From: Candidatus Latescibacterota bacterium
GTDB lineage: Bacteria > Latescibacterota > UBA2968 > GCA-2709665
Reading direction: 5' to 3'
Length of the DNA: 64,000 nucleotides
NCBI GenBank assembly: GCA_965248435.1
Contig: OZ252100.1
Coordinates: 4,992,001-5,056,000 of the forward strand
Within the stretch, counting starts at the first letter, position 1, and each line of letters begins with the position of its first letter. The notes under the pieces were generated by a model. That model was not told where the DNA came from. It saw only the letters and a program-made list of their open reading frames with translations, and did not search any database. The position numbers and the translations under genes were made by a program. Positions 57,303 to 64,000 of this stretch are shown piece by piece.

Positions 57303-58831
57303 CAGCCGAGGCCCAGCTTCTCGGCCAGACCGATACGTTGGAGCTTTCCCGTCGCCCCTTTGGGGATCTCGTCGATGAAGAGGACCTTCCGCGGCACTTT
57401 GAATGCTGCCAACCGATCCGAGGCGAACGTCTGGATCTCACGTTCGGTCGCCTCCCCATCTTCTCGAAGGACAATCGCCGCGGCGACATCTTCACCCAGA
57501 CTCTTGTGCGGCATGGCGAATGTGACGACCTGCTGCACGGCTGGATGATCCATGAGTACGTCGTCCACCTCTCGGGGTGAAATCTTTTCGCCACCACGGT
57601 TAATGATCTCTTTGAGTCGACCGGTGATAGACAAGTAGCCGTCCTCATCGAAGACACCCTGATCGCCCGTTCGGAACCATCCCTCCACGAAACTTTCCTG
57701 ATTGGCTTTGGGATTGTTCTCATAGCCCGGTGTGACGTTCGACCCTCTGATCACAATCTCTCCGACCTCTCCTTGCGCGAGAAGCGAAGGCCCTGATTCG
57801 TCCATAACCGCCACTTCCGGCCCCGCCGCCGGCCCAACCGTCCCCGCTTTGCGTTGACCCGGGGGGAGCTGGTTACACGTCATCTGATGCGCCGCTTCCG
57901 TCATTGCGTAGGCTTCCACAACCGGGGCGCCGAAGGTCTTTTCGAGTTCGGCCATGACCTGGGGCGGTAAGGAGGATGAGGAGGAGCGGATGAATCGCAG
58001 ATTCGCAGCGGCGACGATTTCCGGATTTCGTTTTGCGCGCGAAAGGACGGTCTGATGCATCGTAGGCACAGCCGTATACCAGCTTGGCTTTGCTCGATCC
58101 AGCCAGGAGAAGAATCGGAGCGCGTCAAAGCCTGGTGTACAGAAGACGCTGGCACCGGTGGCAAGGGTTGACAGGATGGCGGCCATCAGGCCGTGGATGT
58201 GGAACAGGGGCATGACGTTCATACAGCGATCAACGGCAGTCAGATTCAACGTGGTTCGGATGTTTCGTGCTGAAGCGCACACGTTGGCGTGGGTAAGCGG
58301 TACGATCTTGGGCCTGGACGTCGTCCCTGAAGTATGAAGAATGAGCGCGACGTCACCCGGACCTGCAAAACCCGGAGATTCCGCCTCCCCGTCCTCCACT
58401 TCAGCGGAAGGCCGGATATCGAAGACCCCGGCAGGTCGATTCGGTTCGGTTGAAAGCTCGAGTATCTGGATGTTTGTGGCCGCTGCAGCTTCTATCGCGG
58501 GGGAATCGCTCCCCTTTTCAACCAGGAGCGCCTTAGCCCCGAGATCTGACAGGTAAAAGTTGAATTCTTCCTGTCGATAGGCGGGGTTGAGCGGCGCGGT
58601 GGTCGCACCGGAGGCGATTGAGACGAAAGAAACTGCCATTTCCGGGCCATTCGGAAGGACGATGGCGATCCGGTCGTTTCGGCCGATGCCCAAGCGGTTA
58701 AGAGTTTTTACCGTTTTCTCAACGTGTAGGCGAAGATCCTCATACGTGAGCGAAGGCCGTTCCAGACCGTTGATGGCAACGGCGTCGCTGCCCGCGCCAA
58801 TCAAGTCGCGTATGGTTGAGGCTGCGGACAT
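57302..58831 (-). CDS. Acyl-CoA synthetase, oxalate--CoA ligase-like
   Basis: LHTSGTTSRPK.VPLTH, PLFHIHGL, WYTAVPTMH, EAYAMTEAAHQM, INRGGEKISP. Confidence 0.85.
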   Translation of the reverse strand: MSAASTIRDLIGAGSDAVAINGLERPSLTYEDLRLHVEKTVKTLNRLGIGRNDRIAIVLPNGPEMAVSFVSIASGATTAPLNPAYRQEEFNFYLSDLGAKALLVEKGSDSPAIEAAAATNIQILELSTEPNRPAGVFDIRPSAEVEDGEAESPGFAGPGDVALILHTSGTTSRPKIVPLTHANVCASARNIRTTLNLTAVDRCMNVMPLFHIHGLMAAILSTLATGASVFCTPGFDALRFFSWLDRAKPSWYTAVPTMHQTVLSRAKRNPEIVAAANLRFIRSSSSSLPPQVMAELEKTFGAPVVEAYAMTEAAHQMTCNQLPPGQRKAGTVGPAAGPEVAVMDESGPSLLAQGEVGEIVIRGSNVTPGYENNPKANQESFVEGWFRTGDQGVFDEDGYLSITGRLKEIINRGGEKISPREVDDVLMDHPAVQQVVTFAMPHKSLGEDVAAAIVLREDGEATEREIQTFASDRLAAFKVPRKVLFIDEIPKGATGKLQRIGLAEKLGLG

Positions 58832-59213
58832 GGATCACTCCAGCGTGCGGGGAAGAAAGCCGGGACGACAAATCACGGCCGCGATCGGTGAGCGTATCGG
58901 ACGACTACTGCCATTTCCGCGGACCAGGGAAGGGCCGCCGCCGCAGGCGAAGATACCTGCCTCTGAAAATGAGATAAACAGTCGAAACAGGTCCTGGCGT
59001 TCCTAAGAATGGGGCTCAAAAAGCCTTTTATAAAGCGATAAATCAAAATATAGCATCGCCTACAGGTTCAGACAAGGTAATTCCCTGAATCGAATCTCTG
59101 GAGTGCCATCACACTTTATTTTGAAGTAGATTTTTCGTTTCGATTGGTTACATTAAGACCGACCTGTTTCCGAATCATCGAATCCGTCGGGCAAATTTCT
59201 AGGGGATACAGCT

Positions 59214-59528
59214 ATGGAAGACGAGAACTCCGAGGACAATAAGCGGCGAAATGAGCGGGTAAGGCTGGATCTCCCTATCGAGGCGAGAGTGGGTGATGGG
59301 GATCATATGGACCTGCAGATCGTGGACATCAGCTCCACCGGGATGCAGATCAGGACGGACAATTTCGACGTCTTGAAGGACGGGTTCGATGCCCAGCACA
59401 ATACGGCCAAGTTTGAAATTCGAATGGTCGCTCGTCTTGCGTGGGCACGGCCAGACCCGAATGGAACCTTCGTGACGGGATGGGAATTCGATCGGGAGGA
59501 TGACGAGGGCGAGGCGCGGATTGGATAG
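59214..59528 (+). CDS. PilZ-domain protein
   Basis: RRNER (RxxxR) and DISSTG (DxSxxG) motifs. Confidence 0.75.
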   Translation: MEDENSEDNKRRNERVRLDLPIEARVGDGDHMDLQIVDISSTGMQIRTDNFDVLKDGFDAQHNTAKFEIRMVARLAWARPDPNGTFVTGWEFDREDDEGEARIG

Positions 59529-59602
59529 AGGTCAAACGCCCCTGGCGATCGATGGTCTTTGCCCTATAGGCCCCGGGAATCGGGTTCAGTCAAGAAAGAT
59601 GC

Positions 59603-60301
59603 GTGATGTCGGCACTGCTGAACAAACTTGAAGTGATTTGTTCCAAGAATCCGACATCACTCCTGTTTGCTCGTCTGGCCGAAGGAGTTCTCCGCCAGAA
59701 TGATCTGAAGAGGGCGCAGGATATCTGTCGTCGAGGCCTGCGTTATCGGCCCTCTTATGCGGCCGGGCACCTCGTTATGGGAAAATGTTACCTGGCCTCC
59801 GAGCGGTTCGAAGACGCGCGGCAGGAGTTTCACAAGGTACTTCAGCTCGATTCGGATAATCTGGCGGCGTTGTGGTACCTGGGTCAGGTCGAGCTTGAAC
59901 TGGGGTTTGAAGACAGAGCGCTTGGCCTTCTCGAGCGGGCCTACGTCCTCGATTCGTTCAACAGCGAGTTGGCCGAGCGGATCGAGATGCTGAAAAAGGG
60001 GAGCCGCGACGAGGGACTGGGTGAATCGGGTCTGTCGCTTGGACCCGGTTTGCAGGTCGAGATCGAGGCCGCGGCCGCCGACCAGGACTTGACTGCACTG
60101 GTCGAAGAGATCGGGGGAGACGGCGCGGCATCCGAGAATTTAGAGCCGATTGCAACATCCACTCTGGCAGAACTTTATGCCGAACAAGGTCTCATGCGTA
60201 AGGCGCTGGACATCCTGGAGCGGGTTCACCTGCGAGATCCGGAAGATCTGGGCGTGAAACAGCGCCTGGAAGAACTCAGGTCATCCTTCGGGGTCTCATA
60301 A
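59603..60301 (+). CDS. Tetratricopeptide repeat protein
   Basis: FARLAE, TPR pattern, C-terminal T.TLAELY..QG. Confidence 0.8.
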   Translation: MMSALLNKLEVICSKNPTSLLFARLAEGVLRQNDLKRAQDICRRGLRYRPSYAAGHLVMGKCYLASERFEDARQEFHKVLQLDSDNLAALWYLGQVELELGFEDRALGLLERAYVLDSFNSELAERIEMLKKGSRDEGLGESGLSLGPGLQVEIEAAAADQDLTALVEEIGGDGAASENLEPIATSTLAELYAEQGLMRKALDILERVHLRDPEDLGVKQRLEELRSSFGVS

Positions 60302-60328
60302 CAAGCTGGACAAGGATCGCGTTCGCCC

Positions 60329-60886
60329 TTGGTTCCGACATCTGAATTTCGAAACGGAATGGTGCTGCGTTTGGAGGGACAGCTCTACTTTATGGTGGAG
60401 TTCGATCCCTTCAAACCGGGAAAAGGGGCCGCTGTCGTCCGAACGCGTCTCAAGAGCGTCAAAACGGGTGCCGTTATCGATCGCACGTTTCGTTCTGGAG
60501 AACGCGTTGAGGATGTGCGGCTCGAGCGGCGCAAGATGCAGTATCTCTACAAGTCGAACGACGTATATGTTTTTATGGACAGCGAGACGTATGATCAGTT
60601 CGAACTGAACGACGAAACCCTCGGCGATGCCGTCAAGTACCTCAAGGAAAATCAAGGCGTGGAAGTGCTCGTGGCAGAGAACAGACCCCTCGGTGTAGAG
60701 CTTCCTATCTTCGTCGAATTGGAGGTGACGCAGACCGATCCCGGCGTCCGGGGCGACACCGCGAGTGGGGGTACGAAGCCCGCTGTTTTGGAAACGGGCG
60801 CTTCCGTTCAGGTGCCTCTGTTCGTCGAGACAGGGAATGTTCTCAAGATCGACACCCGCAGCGATGCCTACGTCGAGCGCGTTTGA
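60329..60886 (+). CDS. efp: Elongation factor P
   Basis: KPGKG loop, FMD.ETY.Q, PGVRGDT, VPLFV..G. Confidence 0.96.
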   Translation: MVPTSEFRNGMVLRLEGQLYFMVEFDPFKPGKGAAVVRTRLKSVKTGAVIDRTFRSGERVEDVRLERRKMQYLYKSNDVYVFMDSETYDQFELNDETLGDAVKYLKENQGVEVLVAENRPLGVELPIFVELEVTQTDPGVRGDTASGGTKPAVLETGASVQVPLFVETGNVLKIDTRSDAYVERV

Positions 60887-60898
60887 AAAGGAGCCGGA

Positions 60899-61351
60899 GT
60901 GCGATTTGCGAAAAGATTGATCAAGGTCATTCACGAGCTGCTGGACCAGTTCGGGGAAGACAACATCAAAGAGATCGAAGTTGAACGCGGCCTTTTCGGG
61001 ACCGGCCGGATCCGCGTGGTCAAGGCGTTCGATGAGATCCCGACCCGCGCGGCGCATCGGGTCGTACCCGAGAGGGCCACGCCCCCTCCAACAGACGACG
61101 CTTCAGACGGCTTTCATACGATCCACTCGCCGATGGTGGGGATGTTCTACCGTGCCCCAGGGCCCGACGCCCCATCTCACGTAGAGGAGGGAGACACGGT
61201 GGCACCCGGCCAAACCCTCGCCATCATAGAGGCGATGAAGATCATGAATGAGATCGAGTCGGATATCAGAGGCAGGGTCGTCCGCATCCTGGTAGAAAAT
61301 GGCAAGCCTGTAGAGTACAACACGCCGCTTTTCCTCCTTGAACCCCTCTAA
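60899..61351 (+). CDS. accB: Biotin carboxyl carrier protein
   Basis: [15 protein letters not shown] biotinylation motif. Confidence 0.92.
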   Translation: MRFAKRLIKVIHELLDQFGEDNIKEIEVERGLFGTGRIRVVKAFDEIPTRAAHRVVPERATPPPTDDASDGFHTIHSPMVGMFYRAPGPDAPSHVEEGDTVAPGQTLAIIEAMKIMNEIESDIRGRVVRILVENGKPVEYNTPLFLLEPL

Positions 61352-61397
61352 GCTTCTCTCCCACAACTTCCTTCCATTGACACCTACCGAATCAGGT

Positions 61398-62747
61398 TTG
61401 TTTCCTTTCGATAAAATCCTCGTGGCCGACCGGGGCGAAATCGCCCTCCGGGTGATTCGGGCCTGTAAAGAGCTCGGCATCAGGACCGTTGCCGTTTATT
61501 CCGAGGCGGACACGAATTCGCTTCACGTCGGCCTGGCCGATGAGGACGTCTGCATCGGGCCGCCACCGGGAGACCAGAGTTATCAGAATGTCACCCGCAT
61601 CCTGAGTGCTGCGGAGGTGACGAACGCCGATGCCATTCATCCTGGTTACGGACCCCTGGCCGAGAACGCGGAGTTCGCGGAAATCTGCAGGGCGTGTGGG
61701 ATCACCTTTATCGGGCCCTCGACCGAGTCCATTCGATTGATGGGGGACAAGGCCACGGCCAGACGGACGATGATGGAGGCCGGGCTCCCCCTCTCTTCGG
61801 GTACGGGTCTCATTTCGGATCTGGATGAGGCCAGAGCGGCCGCTCCGGGAATCGGATATCCACTTCGACTGAAAGCGGTCGCGGGCGGGGGCGGGCGGGG
61901 AATGCGCACGGTTCGGTCTGCGGATGAGCTGGAGAAGGCGTGGCAGATCGCGAAGGCCGAAGCCGGGGCGGCGTTCGTGACGGACGGACTGTATCTGGAG
62001 AAGGAGATCGAAGGCGCCAGGCACGTCGAGTTTCAGATTATGGGTGACCAGGAAGGAAACGTGGCACATCTGGGCGAGCGGGAATGTTCCGTCCAGCGTC
62101 GCGCACAGAAGCTCATAGAAGAATCACCTTCGCCTGCGGTAAACGAAGACCTCAGGCAGAGGATGGGAGAAGACGCGGTCCGGGCCGCTCGCAGCGTCGG
62201 TTATTCGAGTGTAGGAACGGTGGAGTTCCTGTTGGACCAGGAAAAGAATTATTTCTTCATGGAGATGAACACGCGAATTCAGGTGGAACATCCAATTACC
62301 GAGATCAGAACAGGATTCGATCTCGTAAAGGCCCAAATCCAGATTGCGGCGGGACAGTCGATGGGAAAAGTCTACTCCGCGTTTGCGCCAGTCGGACACG
62401 CGATCGAGTGCAGGATCAACGCCGAAGACCCGGAGCGCAATTTCCAACCGACGCCTGGAAAGATAACGGCCTTTCATATCCCCGGAGGGCCGGGCATACG
62501 CGTTGACACGCACGTCTACGCCGGGTACGAGGTGCCCTCGGAGTACGATTCACTGCTCGCGAAGCTGATCGCGGCCGGAAGGACACGCGAAGAGACGATC
62601 GCCCGAGTCCTCCGCGCGCTGGAGGAGTTCGTCATCGAAGGGGTTAGCACGACGATTCCGTTCCACCTCAAGGCGCTCTGCCACCCCGATTTTCAGGCTG
62701 GACGCATTACGACCGATTTTGTGGAGCGACTCGATCTACCCATGTGA
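61398..62747 (+). CDS. accC: Biotin carboxylase
   Basis: [43 protein letters not shown]; probable TTG start. Confidence 0.94.
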   Translation: MFPFDKILVADRGEIALRVIRACKELGIRTVAVYSEADTNSLHVGLADEDVCIGPPPGDQSYQNVTRILSAAEVTNADAIHPGYGPLAENAEFAEICRACGITFIGPSTESIRLMGDKATARRTMMEAGLPLSSGTGLISDLDEARAAAPGIGYPLRLKAVAGGGGRGMRTVRSADELEKAWQIAKAEAGAAFVTDGLYLEKEIEGARHVEFQIMGDQEGNVAHLGERECSVQRRAQKLIEESPSPAVNEDLRQRMGEDAVRAARSVGYSSVGTVEFLLDQEKNYFFMEMNTRIQVEHPITEIRTGFDLVKAQIQIAAGQSMGKVYSAFAPVGHAIECRINAEDPERNFQPTPGKITAFHIPGGPGIRVDTHVYAGYEVPSEYDSLLAKLIAAGRTREETIARVLRALEEFVIEGVSTTIPFHLKALCHPDFQAGRITTDFVERLDLPM

Positions 62748-62792
62748 TCGTCGCGGTGTTGTCTCCATCTTCTGATTCACCCGGTGCACCCG

Positions 62793-62922
62793 TGTAGTCG
62801 CACCCTTCAGGGTGCGGCAGGCGCGCACGCATCCGTAGGACCTGCCCCAAACGGATTCCTAGACTGACGAAGGGTTCGATCATTTCGCCAGGATACCCCG
62901 CAGGCTGAAGCCTGCGACTACA
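62793..62922. repeat. Inverted pair of GTAG-type REPs (REPIN-like)
   Basis: tgtagtcgcacccttcagggtgcgg ... ccgcaggctgaagcctgcgactaca; stems differ but stay paired. Confidence 0.8.
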
Positions 62923-63019
62923 GCCAAGATCTGATTGATCTGAAACGCGAGAATATTTCCCTGTAGGGGCGTCTCTACCACATTCGAACCGTCAATATAT
63001 CGCTGAAAGGAGAACCCAA

Positions 63020-63403
63020 ATGTCGGAGGTCCCCAAGGATCTTCTCTACAGCTCGGAACACGACTGGCTGCGTGTGGAAGAAGGTCTGGGCGTGACCGGA
63101 ATCACCGAATATGCTCAATCGGAACTCGGAGATATCGTCTTTCTGGAACTCCCCATAGTGGGTCATCGAATCCAGCAGGGAGAGGCCTACGGAACGGTCG
63201 AGGCGGTCAAGACGGTGGCGGACCTCTACGCACCCGTGTCCGGCAAGGTCACCGATGTGAATTCGGCGTTGGAAGAGGACGCTGCGAGGGTGAACACCGA
63301 CCCTTACGGGGAGGGCTGGATCCTGAAGATCGCGATCGAGGATCAGGCGGAACTGAAGACGCTCTTGACCCCGGATGCCTATTCGGAACTCATCCAGGGG
63401 TAG
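63020..63403 (+). CDS. gcvH: Glycine cleavage system H protein
   Basis: GITEYAQ.ELGDIV, VEAVK lipoyl-Lys, VNTDPYGEGW. Confidence 0.95.
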   Translation: MSEVPKDLLYSSEHDWLRVEEGLGVTGITEYAQSELGDIVFLELPIVGHRIQQGEAYGTVEAVKTVADLYAPVSGKVTDVNSALEEDAARVNTDPYGEGWILKIAIEDQAELKTLLTPDAYSELIQG

Positions 63404-63526
63404 TCGCGTCAGAATATCGACGACCCCCGCTTCCGTCGTTGCGCAAAAAACTTGACTTTTTTGTAATAAAGTCCTTACTTTTATAAACTTAAACCAAAAT
63501 GACCGGTTCCACATCTTCCCTTGAAA

Positions 63527-64000
63527 ATGTTCAACCCCTCAGTCCTCAATAAGTCCGTTCTGGTCCTCAACCAGAGTTATGAGCCCATCCAGGTGTGCAG
63601 TGTAAGGCGGGCCATCATTCTGGTCTTCCGGGGACGCGCGGAGGTCGTCGAGGAGCTCGACGTCTTTATCCGGTCTATCACCAATCGGTTCCCGGTCCCG
63701 AGCGTCGTGCGCCTCTGCCTCTATATACGAGTCCCGCAGAAGAAGCTCACGCTCTCCAAGCGGAATGTGCTTAAACGGGACGGTCATCAGTGCCACTATT
63801 GTGGGACGCGACGAGGGCGGATGACGGTCGATCACGTGATTCCGAGGACGCAGGGAGGGATGGACTCCTGGGACAACCTGGTCTGCGCTTGCCTCGAGTG
63901 CAACAATCTGAAGGGCGATCGATCCCCGGAGCAGGCGGGTCTTGCGCTGCTGCGAAAACCCCGCTTGCCAACGAACATTACGTTCATTCGCCATTTTATC
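63527..64000 (+). CDS. HNH endonuclease (McrA-like; runs off the window)
   Basis: Manual translation: VLVLNQSYEP, PSVVRL, RDGHQCHYCG, TVDHVIP...GG..SWDNLVCAC..CN..KGD. Confidence 0.85.
   Translation, partial: MFNPSVLNKSVLVLNQSYEPIQVCSVRRAIILVFRGRAEVVEELDVFIRSITNRFPVPSVVRLCLYIRVPQKKLTLSKRNVLKRDGHQCHYCGTRRGRMTVDHVIPRTQGGMDSWDNLVCACLECNNLKGDRSPEQAGLALLRKPRLPTNITFIRHFI

Noticed and set aside
63527-64000. HNH gene as an IscB/HEARO-type partner of the structured element
   Set aside because: It is the common small McrA-like HNH with no RuvC or PLMP motifs, and lies 18 kb from the nearest copy.

Overview
A GC-rich bacterial chromosomal segment. The lineage is uncertain; futalosine genes, DUF6785-like paralogues and Re-citrate synthase fit an uncultured Latescibacterota/Poribacteria-like organism, but that is inference only. 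There are three zones. (1) 1-12 kb and 27.5-45.8 kb hold mostly minus-strand metabolic genes (mqnB/mqnD, pta, Re-citrate synthase, ACP, D-aminoacylase, divergent transaldolase, gmd, AKR). Their spacers are packed with nested repeats, dominated by an ~225-240 bp structured element present 11 times, always in the same orientation. It shows compensatory base changes, has two alternative internal modules, carries a captured gene fragment and has shared 3' extensions. This zone also has two apparently identical ISL3 copies inserted at the same position of another hairpin repeat, plus a cluster of toxin-antitoxin genes. (2) 12.1-27.4 kb is a lower-GC defence island. It contains an integrase-less integron cassette array (one clear attC, several eroded) with a pentapeptide/channel gene, a TIR+caspase pair (type IV Thoeris-like) and a NucS/DUF5655 gene, then a partial DUF1156/PLD-SNF2 restriction-like system with a duplicated methylase C-terminus and a frameshifted DUF262-HNH gene. 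(3) 45.8-64 kb holds housekeeping genes (slt-like, rdgB, rph, amidase, smpB, mnmG, bioB, efp, accB, accC, gcvH). No rRNA, tRNA or CRISPR array was recognised. All family assignments are by eye from motifs; no searches were run.
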